Program-made: the position numbers and the translations under genes
In this document: piece by piece, positions 38,716 to 48,965 of the stretch
Position numbering within the stretch: position 1 is the stretch's first letter
How the letters are laid out: each line of letters starts with the position of its first letter
The notes under the pieces: model-generated
What the model saw: the letters and a program-made list of their open reading frames with translations, nothing else
What the model was told of the DNA's origin: nothing
The model's database searches: none
Assembly: GCA_037441705.1 (NCBI GenBank)
Contig: JBBIRR010000014.1
Location: 1-64,000, forward strand
Reading direction: 5' to 3'
DNA: 64,000 bases
From: Ignavibacteriales bacterium
GTDB lineage: Bacteria > Bacteroidota > Ignavibacteria > UBA10030 > UBA6906

Positions 38716-40044
38716 ATGTTTGACGATCTGAGCAGAAAACTGGAGGGCGTCCTCAAGCGCCTGAGAGGGCAGGGGAAGATTTCGGAAGCCAACGTGGCCG
38801 AAACCCTGCGTGAAGTCCGCCGGGTGCTGCTGGATGCCGATGTCAACTACAAGGTCGCCAAGCAGTTTATCGACGACGTCCAGAAACGGGCGGTGGGACA
38901 AGAAGTTCTTACCAGCATCACGCCCGGCCAGCTCATCGTCAAGATACTCTATGACGAACTGGTAAAATTGTTGGGTGAGAAGCACACGGGCCTGCGCTTC
39001 TCGCCGATGCCGCCGACGGTGATTCTTGTTGCCGGACTGCAGGGTTCGGGCAAGACGACCTTCTGCGGGAAACTGGCAGCCCACCTGAAATCGCAGGGCC
39101 GCAGCCCGCTGCTGGTTGCAGCCGACATCCATCGGCCGGCCGCAATTGATCAGCTCATCACGCTCGGCAGCCAGATCTCGGTGCCGGTCTACGCCGATCG
39201 CGCAGCCACCGCAGTTCAGATTGCCCGGCAGTCGCTCGACCACGCACGAAAGAACGCGCGCGACACCGTCATTCTGGATACGGCAGGGCGCCTGCATGTG
39301 GACGAAGAGATGATGCGCGAGGTGGAAGAGATCAAGGCCGCAACGAAGCCGCACGAGATTCTCTTCGTCGTGGACGCAATGACCGGCCAGGACGCGGTCA
39401 ATACGGCGCAGGCTTTCAACGAGCGGCTGAACTTCGATGGCGCCGTGCTCACCAAGATGGACGGCGATGCGCGGGGCGGCGCAGCACTCTCACTGCGGGC
39501 AACGGTCGGTAAGCCGATCAAGTTTCTCAGCGTGGGAGAGAAACTCGACGCGCTGGAGAAGTTCCATCCCGAACGCCTTGCGTCGCGCATCCTCGGGATG
39601 GGCGACATCGTCACGCTCGTCGAGAAGGCGCAGCAGACATTCGATCAGGCGAAAGCCGACAAACTGCAGCAGAGGCTGCGCAAAGCGCAGTTCACTTTCG
39701 AAGACTTCCTCGATCAGCTCCAGGAGGTCAAGAAGATGGGACCGCTCAGTCAGGTGATGGGCATGCTGCCGGGAATGAACAAGCTGCCGCAGAACGTTCA
39801 GGTTGATGACAAGGAGCTCGTGCGCATCGAAGCAATCATTCAATCGATGACGAAACAAGAACGCGCCAACCCCGACCTGCTGAACGGCAGCCGCCGCAAA
39901 CGGATCGCGCTCGGCAGCGGTACAAGCGTCCAGGAAGTCAACAAGCTGATCAAGCAGTTCGAGCAGATGCAAAAGATGATGAAGAGTTTCGGCAAAGGCG
40001 GCGGGAAGTTCAAGATGGCGCAGCGCATGAAGGCGGCATTCTAA
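38716..40044 (+). CDS. ffh: Signal recognition particle protein
   Basis: LLDADVN, GLQGSGKTT, DTAGR, TKMDGDARGG, SRILGMGD, Met-rich M domain. Confidence 0.97.
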   Translation: MFDDLSRKLEGVLKRLRGQGKISEANVAETLREVRRVLLDADVNYKVAKQFIDDVQKRAVGQEVLTSITPGQLIVKILYDELVKLLGEKHTGLRFSPMPPTVILVAGLQGSGKTTFCGKLAAHLKSQGRSPLLVAADIHRPAAIDQLITLGSQISVPVYADRAATAVQIARQSLDHARKNARDTVILDTAGRLHVDEEMMREVEEIKAATKPHEILFVVDAMTGQDAVNTAQAFNERLNFDGAVLTKMDGDARGGAALSLRATVGKPIKFLSVGEKLDALEKFHPERLASRILGMGDIVTLVEKAQQTFDQAKADKLQQRLRKAQFTFEDFLDQLQEVKKMGPLSQVMGMLPGMNKLPQNVQVDDKELVRIEAIIQSMTKQERANPDLLNGSRRKRIALGSGTSVQEVNKLIKQFEQMQKMMKSFGKGGGKFKMAQRMKAAF

Positions 40045-40122
40045 GACACGCCGGGCCGCACGCCAGCGATGGACGATTGTCAACGTCAACACAATTCATA
40101 ATTTATTGAGAGGAGAACCACA

Positions 40123-40557
40123 TTGGCAGTACGATTACGCCTGCGACGGATCGGGAAAAAGAAGATGCCCCAGTATCACATCGTCGCAGCGGATTCGCGC
40201 GCAGCACGCAACGGCAAGTTTCTGGAGGTGGTGGGCCGTTACGAGCCGCTGCGGAATCCTGTGTTCATTGAAACAAAAGAAGATCGTTTGATCTACTGGT
40301 TGAAAATCGGCGCGCAGCCGAGCGACACGCTGCGAAGCTTGCTGCAGCGCAGCGGTATGTGGCTGAAATGGAACCTGCTGAAGAAGGGCGCGGACGAAGG
40401 GACGATTGCCCGCGAGATGGAGAAGTGGCAGATGGCGCAGGAAGAGAAACGCCGACGCGACGAAGAGCGCAAGGCACGGCGCGCCGCGGCAAAGCGGAAA
40501 GCTCGCAAGGCCGCAGGCAGCGAGGCCTCACCCGCTGCGGCACCGGCCACCGCCTGA
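40123..40557 (+). CDS. rpsP: 30S ribosomal protein S16 with C-terminal extension
   Basis: AVRLRLRRIGKKKMPQYHIVAADSRAARNG, GAQPSDT; TTG start after GAGGAG. Confidence 0.95.
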   Translation: MAVRLRLRRIGKKKMPQYHIVAADSRAARNGKFLEVVGRYEPLRNPVFIETKEDRLIYWLKIGAQPSDTLRSLLQRSGMWLKWNLLKKGADEGTIAREMEKWQMAQEEKRRRDEERKARRAAAKRKARKAAGSEASPAAAPATA

Positions 40558-40674
40558 AGCCACACAGCCCGGAAAGGCGTTTTCCACTCACCACCGACGG
40601 GCGTTGCCGGAGAGTGTCAGGTCTGAAGCAGGAGTTGACGGGTACGATCTCACAACAATCACAAGAGGCGCGCT

Positions 40675-40905
40675 ATGCGGGAGTTCCTGACGTTCATCGC
40701 CAAACACCTCGTCGACAACCCGGATCAGGTCATTCTCGATCAGGAGGAGAAAGACGGCAAGGTCATCTTCAAACTCCAGGTCGGTCAGCCTGATGTGGGC
40801 AAGATCATTGGACGGAAAGGACGAACTGCGCAAGCATTACGAACACTGCTTGCTGCAGTCGCGGCCAAAGAAGGAAAGCGAGCTGTCCTCGAGATTGCAG
40901 ACTGA
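40675..40905 (+). CDS. khpA: KH-domain RNA-binding protein
   Basis: LVDNPD, DVGKIIGRKGRTAQALR; rpsP-rimM context. Confidence 0.9.
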   Translation: MREFLTFIAKHLVDNPDQVILDQEEKDGKVIFKLQVGQPDVGKIIGRKGRTAQALRTLLAAVAAKEGKRAVLEIAD

Positions 40906-41459
40906 TGCAACCATCCAATGAGCAGAGAATTCTGATTGCGGTGGGAAAGGTCGTCAAGCCGTTCGGCATCCGGGGCGACCTTGTTATTTTCCCCATGACG
41001 GACAGCGTTGAGCGCTTCAAGAACCTCAAGCGCGTGTTTGTCGGGCACGACGAGCAGAAGGTTACCGAAACGAACGTAACACACGTCGTGGTGGAACCGC
41101 GGGGGGTGCGCCTTCGGCTCTCCGATTTCGCCTCCCGCACGGCGGCCGAATCGCTGACAGGCGCGCTGCTGTTCGTAGCGCAAGAGGACGCCATCAAACC
41201 GAAAAGGGGATCTTATTTCATACACGACCTGATCGCCCTGAAGGTTGTCGATACGGAAGGCAACGACGTGGGCGTGATCAAAGAGGTAATGAAATACCCC
41301 GCGCATGATGTGTACGTCATCGAGCGCAACGACAACGAGATCGCCATTCCGGCGGTGAAAGAGTTTATCAAGAACATCGACCTCGAACGACGCACGATGA
41401 CGGTCCAGCTCATCGAGGGGATGTTGACAGAGCCGGACAGCGTACACGAGAAGACATGA
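40905..41459 (+). CDS. rimM: 16S rRNA processing protein RimM
   Basis: VGKVVKPFGIRG, YFIHDLI, AHDVYVI, IPAVKEFI. Confidence 0.92.
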   Translation: MQPSNEQRILIAVGKVVKPFGIRGDLVIFPMTDSVERFKNLKRVFVGHDEQKVTETNVTHVVVEPRGVRLRLSDFASRTAAESLTGALLFVAQEDAIKPKRGSYFIHDLIALKVVDTEGNDVGVIKEVMKYPAHDVYVIERNDNEIAIPAVKEFIKNIDLERRTMTVQLIEGMLTEPDSVHEKT

Positions 41460-42172
41460 TGCGGATTGATGTTGTCACAGGATTCCCCCGGCTGCTGCAC
41501 AGCCCGCTGAACGAAAGCATCATCAAGCGAGCGCAGGAGAAACGGCTCGTCGAAATCGTTGTGCACGACCTGCGGGAGTATGCCACCGACAAGCATCGGA
41601 CGATCGACGATACGCCGTACGGGGGCGGCGCCGGAATGATTCTCAAACCGGAGCCGGTGTTTGCCTGCATCGAGCATTTGCAGAGTCAACGCCGCTACGA
41701 CGAAATCATCTACATGACGGCTGACGGCGAGCGGCTGACGCAAAAGATCACCAACGAATTGTCGCTTGCTTCCAATCTTGTTCTGCTCTGCGGGCATTAC
41801 AAGGGGATTGATGAACGCATACGTGAAGCGTTGGTGACGCGGGAAATCTCCATCGGCGATTATGTGCTGACGGGCGGCGAGCTGCCTGCCCTCGTCCTCA
41901 TCGACGCTGTCGTTCGTCTGGTGCCCGGCGTTCTCGGCGACGGCGAATCGCTGCTGACCGATTCGTTCCAGCAGGGTTTGCTCGATGCACCGTACTACAC
42001 CAAGCCGGAGGTATTCCGCGGCATGCGGGTCCCTGAAGTGCTGCTCTCGGGCAACCACAAGGAAATTGCGGCGTGGCGCGCCGAGCAGCAGCGCAAGCGC
42101 ACGGCACAGCGCAGGAAGGATCTGCTGCACGAGGAGCACGCTGCCGACGGCAGCGACGACGAGGGTGCATAG
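41456..42172 (+). CDS. trmD: tRNA (guanine-N1)-methyltransferase
   Basis: [42 protein letters not shown]. Confidence 0.97.
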   Translation: MMRIDVVTGFPRLLHSPLNESIIKRAQEKRLVEIVVHDLREYATDKHRTIDDTPYGGGAGMILKPEPVFACIEHLQSQRRYDEIIYMTADGERLTQKITNELSLASNLVLLCGHYKGIDERIREALVTREISIGDYVLTGGELPALVLIDAVVRLVPGVLGDGESLLTDSFQQGLLDAPYYTKPEVFRGMRVPEVLLSGNHKEIAAWRAEQQRKRTAQRRKDLLHEEHAADGSDDEGA

Positions 42173-42225
42173 CCTCAACCAGAGTGTCAGAAAGAAAATC
42201 GAAAAAACAGTCAGGAGAATTCATC

Positions 42226-42570
42226 ATGGAAAAGCTGAAGCTTGTTGAAGCCACACAAATGAAAAGCGACATCCCCGCGTTTGCCCCGGGAGACACGGTC
42301 AACGTTCACGTGCGGGTCATCGAGGGAGACAAAGAGCGCGTCCAGCAGTTTCAGGGCGTGGTCATCGGTCGGCACGGGTCGGGAATGAACGCGACCTTCA
42401 CCGTGCGCAAGGTATCGGACGGGGTCGGCGTCGAACGCATCTTTCCGCTGCACTCCCCGCGCATTGCGAAAATCGAAAAAGTGAAGGAGGGTTCCGTCCG
42501 CCGGGCAAAGCTGTACTACCTGCGGAACCTCGCCAGCAAGCAGATACGCCAGAAAACCTCGGCGCAGTAA
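42226..42570 (+). CDS. rplS: 50S ribosomal protein L19
   Basis: [43 protein letters not shown]. Confidence 0.97.
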   Translation: MEKLKLVEATQMKSDIPAFAPGDTVNVHVRVIEGDKERVQQFQGVVIGRHGSGMNATFTVRKVSDGVGVERIFPLHSPRIAKIEKVKEGSVRRAKLYYLRNLASKQIRQKTSAQ

Positions 42571-42597
42571 GCTCGCGCTTTCGACGCGATGAGAAGC

Positions 42598-43431
42598 ATG
42601 AACGAGCAGCCTCACAGGACAAAGCGGCTGGGCATTCCATCCCAGATCTCCACGCGGCCGCTCACCGATGCGCTGCGGGGGCACCGCTCGTGGTGCCTTA
42701 TTCAGGACATGCGGCCGACTCTCGCTCGTCTGCTCCGCGAACGAGAGTTACATGCCGCGCTTCTCTCTCCGCTCGATTACGCAAAAGAAAGTTCCGATTA
42801 CTGCATCGTGCCCGACGCCGCGGTCAGCTCCACGGGCAACGGTTCGGTAGTGGTTCGTTTCAGGGATGGCGTCAGACAGATTACAACGCTGGCGGTGGAC
42901 CCTGCCTTCGCCTCCGAAATCATTCTCACCAAAATCATTCTTGCCGAAGAGTTCAACCTCGAGCCGGCAATCCTGCCCATGCACGCAACGGTGGACGTCA
43001 TGCTGCAGAAGGCCGACGCCGCACTGCTGACCGGCGATGCGGCATTTGAAGCGTGGGGTTCTTCAGAAAACATCATTGATGTGGTAGAAGAATGGAACGA
43101 GATGACCGGCTTGCCGTACGTGCATGCGCTCTGGTGCGCATGGCAAAGCGATCTCACGCGCAAGGACGCGGAGCTGCTCCAGACCGCGCGCCTCAAGGGC
43201 GTGGAAGGAATCCCCGACATTGCACTGCAATTCTCCAAGGAACGGCGGCGCGGCGTTCAGGAATTCCTCGAATCCTTCTCCTACGAATTGGCCGCCGATG
43301 CACGCGAGGGCCTCGCTGAGTTCATGAAGTACCTGTACTACCACGGCGTCGTCGCGGACGTTGCCGATCTCAACTTCTACAAAGCCGAACCCGAAGCCGA
43401 CACGCTGCCCAAAACGCTCTCGCCAAATTGA
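42598..43431 (+). CDS. mqnA: MqnA-like menaquinone (futalosine pathway) protein
   Basis: DAALLTGD, EEWNEMTGLPYVHALW; N-terminal motif divergent. Confidence 0.65.
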   Translation: MNEQPHRTKRLGIPSQISTRPLTDALRGHRSWCLIQDMRPTLARLLRERELHAALLSPLDYAKESSDYCIVPDAAVSSTGNGSVVVRFRDGVRQITTLAVDPAFASEIILTKIILAEEFNLEPAILPMHATVDVMLQKADAALLTGDAAFEAWGSSENIIDVVEEWNEMTGLPYVHALWCAWQSDLTRKDAELLQTARLKGVEGIPDIALQFSKERRRGVQEFLESFSYELAADAREGLAEFMKYLYYHGVVADVADLNFYKAEPEADTLPKTLSPN

Positions 43432-43480
43432 ATCTCTCGCCGCGCTTGTGTAGATTGGCTTGAGTTTCTGTCTCCCACAC

Positions 43481-45217
43481 ATGCTCAAGTCTCTCACCAT
43501 AAAGAACTACGCGCTGATAGATGAACTGACTGTTGACTTTGCCAACGGTCTGGATATCATTACCGGCGAAACCGGCGCGGGCAAGTCCATCATCATCGAC
43601 GCGCTCGGCTTGATTCTCGGTGAACGCGCCACTGCGGAAGCAATCCGCACGGGGGCAGACAAGGCCGTGGTCGAAGGCATCTTCTCGATCAGCGACAATC
43701 GAAAACTCCACGCCCTTCTGCAGGAACAGGAACTGGAAGCGGCCGACGAGCTGATCGTGCGGCGAGAGGTTTCCACAAAAGGGACAAGCCGCTGTCTGGT
43801 GAATGACTCGGTCGTGCCGCTCGCCGTGCTGAAGAAGATCGGCGAGCAGTTGGTGGATCTGCACGGCCAGCACGAGCATCAGTCGCTGCTCCGCACGGAA
43901 ACGCACATTGAAATGCTGGACGAATATGCCGGCGTCGGCGATCTCCTGGAGGAATATCGGACCGCATACCGCTCGCTGCGCGCCGTATCGCAAGAAATCC
44001 AGTCGGTGCTGGCGCGCGAAGCACAGCTGAACGAGAAACGCGATCTCTACACGTTCCAGCGACAGGAGATTGATGCAATAGCCCCGCAGCCGGGCGAGGA
44101 TGAACAGATTGAAGCCGAGCTGAAGATTCTGGAAAACGTCGAGAAGCTCGTCAATGCAACATCGTTGTTGTACGAGATGTTGTATGACGGCGATACGTCC
44201 GCGCACGATCTGCTGAGCAAAGCCGCCAAACAGTTAGATGAACTTGCGCGGATCGACGCACGATTCGAGGAGTACGCACGGGAGTGCCGCTCCGCCGAAA
44301 CGATCGTCAACGAAGTGGCGAAATTCGTTCACCAGTACAGCGCGAGCGTGGAATTCAGCCCCGAACGGCTCGAGAAGTTGCGTCAGCGACTCGGGGTCTT
44401 GTTCAGCTTGAAAAGAAAATACGGCGGCACGCTCGAGGCTGCACTCGCCCATCGCCAGCGCATCGAGCAGGAGCTTGCCGCTGCCGAAAACGTCGAGGCG
44501 ACACTGCAGAAGCTGCGAGAGAAACGCGAGGCCGAACGGGCCGCGTGTGCACGACTTGCCCTTCAGCTCTCGTCACGGCGGCGCGAGGCATCCCGCAAGC
44601 TCGACCGAGAAATTGTGCACGAGCTGACGGCGCTGGGCATTCCCAACGCCCGGTTCACGACACAGATGCGACGGCAGCAGCTCTCGACCGATGGCAGCGA
44701 GGATGAGGAGTACGTGCTGATAGAGAAGGAGAAGGTCCGCATTCACGCGCGGGGCTGCGACGACGTGGAGTTTTTCATCTCCACCAATCTCGGCGAGGAA
44801 GTGAAGCCGCTGGCAAGAGTTGCTTCGGGAGGCGAGGTCTCACGCATCATGCTGGCACTGAAGAGCGTTCTGGCAAAGGCAGACCGGCTGCCCGTGATGA
44901 TCTTCGATGAAATTGATGTCGGCGTCAGCGGGCGCATTGCACAGGCAGTGGGCTTGAGCATGAAGAATCTCTCGCAACACCACCAGATCATTGCCATCAC
45001 GCATCTGCCGCAGATTGCCGGACTGGCGGACGAGCATTTTGTGGTGGAGAAGGTCGAAGAAAAAAAAGGTTCTGTACGCCGCACCACAACCACCATCCGC
45101 AAGCTGACGCGCGACGAACGAGTGCGTGAAGTAGCCAGACTCTTAAGCGGAGCAGAAGTGACCGAAGCAGGCTTGAAAAGCGCGCGGGAGTTGATGGGGG
45201 TGAAGACGCCCTCGTAG
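43481..45217 (+). CDS. recN: DNA repair protein RecN
   Basis: TGETGAGKS, DLHGQHEHQ, coiled coil, ASGGEVSR, FDEIDVG, ITHLPQ. Confidence 0.97.
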   Translation: MLKSLTIKNYALIDELTVDFANGLDIITGETGAGKSIIIDALGLILGERATAEAIRTGADKAVVEGIFSISDNRKLHALLQEQELEAADELIVRREVSTKGTSRCLVNDSVVPLAVLKKIGEQLVDLHGQHEHQSLLRTETHIEMLDEYAGVGDLLEEYRTAYRSLRAVSQEIQSVLAREAQLNEKRDLYTFQRQEIDAIAPQPGEDEQIEAELKILENVEKLVNATSLLYEMLYDGDTSAHDLLSKAAKQLDELARIDARFEEYARECRSAETIVNEVAKFVHQYSASVEFSPERLEKLRQRLGVLFSLKRKYGGTLEAALAHRQRIEQELAAAENVEATLQKLREKREAERAACARLALQLSSRRREASRKLDREIVHELTALGIPNARFTTQMRRQQLSTDGSEDEEYVLIEKEKVRIHARGCDDVEFFISTNLGEEVKPLARVASGGEVSRIMLALKSVLAKADRLPVMIFDEIDVGVSGRIAQAVGLSMKNLSQHHQIIAITHLPQIAGLADEHFVVEKVEEKKGSVRRTTTTIRKLTRDERVREVARLLSGAEVTEAGLKSARELMGVKTPS

Positions 45218-45293
45218 GTGCAAGGAACGGGCGCCGCATGCTCTGCCTGTCGCAACGAAAATGACGCCGCCGCCGTAGAGCCAGGAGGTTAGT

Positions 45294-45491
45294 ATGGGAA
45301 AAGAAATTTGCAATGAATGTGGGAGAAGCGTTAAGCCCGGTTCCGGATTATTTGTGAATAGAATTCACGACTTCAACGATTATGAGACGCTGGTAAAGAT
45401 GGGTAAGCCATTCCCAGAAGGGTGTTTTATTTGCATTGAATGTGATAAAAGACTTGAGCTTGAAAACTACTTCGCGAGGTTCAAGAAATGA
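45294..45491 (+). CDS. Small Cys-motif (putative metal-binding) hypothetical protein
   Basis: AGGAGG RBS; CNEC and CFICIEC motifs; AT-richer codons. Confidence 0.7.
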   Translation: MGKEICNECGRSVKPGSGLFVNRIHDFNDYETLVKMGKPFPEGCFICIECDKRLELENYFARFKK

Positions 45492-45685
45492 AAAACCTGG
45501 AGAGAGTTATCTACTCCCTGAATGTCGAAGACATTCAAAACGTCGCCCGGGAAACGCTTGCCCGAAAGTTGACCGAGAGAGAAATACGTCTGGTTGGGGA
45601 AGCGATTCCAAATTACATCAACTGGTTTGATGCGATTGAATTTGCTATTCAGCAACATAACCTGAGGCCGAGAAAACGGAGGTGA
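45488..45685 (+). CDS. Small helical hypothetical protein
   Basis: ATGA overlap with upstream ORF; IYSLNVEDIQNVA...RKLTEREI...INWFDAI. Confidence 0.7.
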   Translation: MKNLERVIYSLNVEDIQNVARETLARKLTEREIRLVGEAIPNYINWFDAIEFAIQQHNLRPRKRR

Positions 45686-45690
45686 ATCTC

Positions 45691-47139
45691 ATGCCCCTCC
45701 ACCTCTACAACACCCTCACCCGGCAGAAGGAAGAGTTCAAACCTCTCCGCGAAGGCTACGTCGGCATCTACGTCTGCGGACCGACGGTGTACGGCCATTC
45801 GCATCTCGGTCACGCAAAGAGCTACGTGTCGTTCGACGTCATCGTTCGCTATCTGCGCTACCTCGGCTACAGCGTGACGTACGTGCAGAACATCACCGAC
45901 GTCGGGCATCTGTTAGGCGATGCGCACGAGGGTGAAGATCGGATTCTGAAGACGAGCCGCGCCGAACAGAAGCACCCCATGGCCGTTGCGGAGTTCTATA
46001 CGCGCAGCTACTTCGAGGACATGGATGCACTCAACGTTCTCCGTCCCGATATCTCGCCGCGCGCAACGGGCCACGTCATTGAGCAGATTGAGCTGATCAA
46101 ACACCTGCTCGCAAAAGGGCTTGCCTACGAGGCAAACGGCTCGGTGTATTTCGATGTTCACGCGTTTGCCGACTATGGAAAACTTTCCGGCCGCACGGTA
46201 GAGGAGCTTGAGGCAGGCGCGCGGGTCGAGGTCAAGGAGGAGAAACGCCACCCCGCCGACTTCGCGTTGTGGAAGAAAGCCGACCCGGAACACATCATGC
46301 GCTGGCCGAGTCCGTGGAGCGTGGGCTTCCCCGGATGGCACATCGAATGCTCGGCTATGTCCATGAAGTATTTGGGCGAGAGTTTCGACATTCACGGCGG
46401 CGGACTCGAGAATCAATTCCCGCATCATGAATGCGAGATTGCGCAGAGCGAAGGTGCAACGGGGAAACCGTTCGTGAAGTACTGGTTGCACAACAACATG
46501 GTGACCGTCAACGGCCAGAAGATGGGCAAGTCGTTAGGGAACTTCACCACACTCAAGGACGCGTTCAAGAAATGGAAACCGGAAACGATCCGCTTCTTCA
46601 TCCTCCAGAGCCAGTATCGGAGCACGCTGGATTTCAGCGACGAGGCCGTTGATGCTGCAGCGAAGGGATTGGAAAGGCTCACCAACACGTTCCGCACTCT
46701 CCGTGAGCGCATCAAAGCGGCGGCCGAGGATGGCAGCACCTCGCCCATCAATCTCACACGATACAAAGCCGCATTCCTCGCTGCGATGGACGACGACTTC
46801 AACACGCCGCAGGCAATTGCGGCGCTGTTTGACCTGAGCAGGGATGTGAATCAGTCGCTTGCCGGCGGGACATCCATGAGCGCCTCGACCATCCGACAGA
46901 TTCTCGATCTCTACGAGGAGCTGGGCGGGAATATCCTCGGACTGACGTTCGGTGCCGCCGCTGCTGGTCACGACGCAGCGCTTGTGGATGGACTGATGAA
47001 GCTGATCCTCGAGATGCGCTCCGAAATTCGCGCGCAAAAGTTGTACGCCCTCTCCGACAAGATCCGCAGCGCGCTGCAAACGCTGGGCATTGTCGTTGAA
47101 GATCGGAAGGGGGAAACAACCTGGCGCAGAACGTTGTGA
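45691..47139 (+). CDS. cysS: Cysteine-tRNA ligase
   Basis: YVCGPTVY, HLGH, NITDV, DFALWK, PGWHIECSAM, FPHHECE, KMGKS. Confidence 0.97.
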   Translation: MPLHLYNTLTRQKEEFKPLREGYVGIYVCGPTVYGHSHLGHAKSYVSFDVIVRYLRYLGYSVTYVQNITDVGHLLGDAHEGEDRILKTSRAEQKHPMAVAEFYTRSYFEDMDALNVLRPDISPRATGHVIEQIELIKHLLAKGLAYEANGSVYFDVHAFADYGKLSGRTVEELEAGARVEVKEEKRHPADFALWKKADPEHIMRWPSPWSVGFPGWHIECSAMSMKYLGESFDIHGGGLENQFPHHECEIAQSEGATGKPFVKYWLHNNMVTVNGQKMGKSLGNFTTLKDAFKKWKPETIRFFILQSQYRSTLDFSDEAVDAAAKGLERLTNTFRTLRERIKAAAEDGSTSPINLTRYKAAFLAAMDDDFNTPQAIAALFDLSRDVNQSLAGGTSMSASTIRQILDLYEELGGNILGLTFGAAAAGHDAALVDGLMKLILEMRSEIRAQKLYALSDKIRSALQTLGIVVEDRKGETTWRRTL

Positions 47140-47145
47140 GGATGT

Positions 47146-48696
47146 ATGACGAACACTTCGATCATCGCAAACGGGATCGTTCTTACCTGCGACGCAACCA
47201 ATCGCTGCGGTCCGTATCATCTTCTCGTTGCCAACGGCCGCATCCTCGACATTTCCGAAAGTTTCGATAAGCTCGTACGAGACAATCCCGACGCGGAGAT
47301 TATCGACGCATCTGACAAGCTCCTGCTTCCCGGCTTCATCAATGCACATTATCACACAGAGAGCTTCCTTCTGCACGCGCTGACGGACGGGACGCACTAC
47401 ACGCTGTGGAACGAGAACACGACGCTGAAGCAAACCTCCGAACGGCTGATGCATACGTCAAGTGCGAAAGACCTCGATGTGCTGTACGGGACCGTCTATG
47501 CCGCACACGCCCGATGCGGCACAACATGGGTGGGAGAGTTTCCGCCGTGCGTGCATGAGGAGAGCCTCGTGCAGATCGCGCGAGCAATCGAAACAAGCCG
47601 CCTCGGCTGCGTGCTTGCTCTTCGGACGTGGGATCACATTCGCGGGGCGCGGGCGTTGGGCAGCAGAGGCCTGCGTGTTGCGGTAAGTCTCGGCGAAGAA
47701 CGCGACATGACGGTCTACAGCATTGAAAACGCTCTGCGGGCTGCAAAGGACCTCAAGGCATCCATTCTTGCCCACGTTGCCGAACAACGCGAAGACGCGG
47801 ACACCATGTTGAGGAATTTCCAGAAAGGCATCATTACCCTGCTGCAGTCCTTCAACGCATTGCGCCCCGAGACGATAATTGTACACGCAAACCACATCAC
47901 GGAAACCGAAGCAGCGATGGTGAAAGACGCGAACGGCACGGTCGTCGTATGTCCCCGCTCCACGGCGGCAAAACAAACGGGCTATCCCGCCTTGCGTCAT
48001 CTCGCAAAGCGTTTCGTGCGGCTCGCGCTCGGCACTGATTGGGGAAGCATTGACATGGTAGAAGAAATGCGCTTCGTCAGTCAACTGCCGCTTGTGGTTC
48101 CGGGGCTGCGGGCATTCTCGCCGTTGGAGATCGTTCGGATGGCAACCATCAACGGCGCAGCCGCGCTCAACATCCACAAGGACACGGGATCGCTCGAAGT
48201 CGGCAAACGGGCCGACATCGTGTTCTTTTCTCTCAACTCTCTCCGCGTTGCTCAACTGAGCAAACACTCCCGCGCCGAAGAAGTCGCGCGCTGCGTGGTT
48301 GATATTCTTACCACCGGCGACATCTCCGACGTGATGGTCGCAGGAGAGTTTGTCCTTCGTGACCGGACACTCGCCCGCACCTCGGAACCTGAGCGTATCG
48401 CGGAATGGCGCGGGCTTTGCTCACGATACCTTCCGGGTCAACCGGCTCTTCAAACGCCCGTGCAGCCCGCAGCACAGCCGGCCAACATTATCCCCTTCAC
48501 GCAGGAGCCGCGCGAACCGCAGGCGGCCGAAGGATTCGAGTCGGGATTTCCTCCGTCCCCTTCACCTCCCGTTGCCACAACCCCGGAGGTTCCCCCACAT
48601 CCTTTCGCAAACAGGCCAAAGGTTCAACGAGAGCCTGCGAAGATCGAGCTGCCGAAGAATACGCGAACGGTGTTCGGCGAGGATGAAGATATTTAG
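47146..48696 (+). CDS. Metal-dependent amidohydrolase (MTA/SAH-deaminase-like) with Pro-rich tail
   Basis: PGFINAHYH, AHVAE, VHANH, LGTD, MATINGA, GSLEVGKRAD. Confidence 0.8.
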   Translation: MTNTSIIANGIVLTCDATNRCGPYHLLVANGRILDISESFDKLVRDNPDAEIIDASDKLLLPGFINAHYHTESFLLHALTDGTHYTLWNENTTLKQTSERLMHTSSAKDLDVLYGTVYAAHARCGTTWVGEFPPCVHEESLVQIARAIETSRLGCVLALRTWDHIRGARALGSRGLRVAVSLGEERDMTVYSIENALRAAKDLKASILAHVAEQREDADTMLRNFQKGIITLLQSFNALRPETIIVHANHITETEAAMVKDANGTVVVCPRSTAAKQTGYPALRHLAKRFVRLALGTDWGSIDMVEEMRFVSQLPLVVPGLRAFSPLEIVRMATINGAAALNIHKDTGSLEVGKRADIVFFSLNSLRVAQLSKHSRAEEVARCVVDILTTGDISDVMVAGEFVLRDRTLARTSEPERIAEWRGLCSRYLPGQPALQTPVQPAAQPANIIPFTQEPREPQAAEGFESGFPPSPSPPVATTPEVPPHPFANRPKVQREPAKIELPKNTRTVFGEDEDI

Positions 48697-48761
48697 TGGT
48701 TGGATGGTATCCGAAGTTCCTCGTTAAGCCTTCCTGTTGGGGTGACCGGTGACCTCCTCAC

Positions 48762-48790
48762 TTGGTATTCGTTGCCCGTCTTTCTATATT
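48762..48790 (+). promoter_or_regulatory. sigma70-type promoter
   Basis: TTGGTA-17 bp-TATATT. Confidence 0.45.
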
Positions 48791-48843
48791 GAGATTGAGT
48801 TCGAACCAAGTCGTTCTCTGAACTGTTCTGAATTGTGAACGTT

Positions 48844-48915
48844 CAATCCCGTCGTTGTTTATCAAACGCAACAGCGCAGGTGGAAGTGTTGCGTTTGCAA
48901 ACACGTACGGGATTG
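48844..48915. repeat. 72-nt imperfect inverted repeat (structured RNA or regulator site)
   Basis: CAATCCCGT/ACGGGATTG outer stem, TGTTT/AAACA middle stem, CAAACGCAACA/TGTTGCGTTTG inner 11-bp stem. Confidence 0.7.
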
Positions 48916-48965
48916 CAAAAGAGCGAACAAATCAAACCACGCGGGGCAGGTTAGTGTCCAACGGT

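Noticed and set aside
40558-40674. TCAGGTCTGAAGCAGG near ffh considered as SRP (4.5S) RNA
   Set aside because: Lacks the GNRA-capped helix and surrounding long stem of SRP RNA.
45060-45068. A-run in recN (EEKKG codons)
   Set aside because: Lies near the C-terminus in a Glu/Lys loop; a shifted product would make no obvious functional sense, unlike the dnaX tract.
48797-48930. Assignment of the rod hairpin as 6S RNA
   Set aside because: Shorter than a typical 6S RNA, weak closing stem and atypical gene context; kept only as an unassigned structure.
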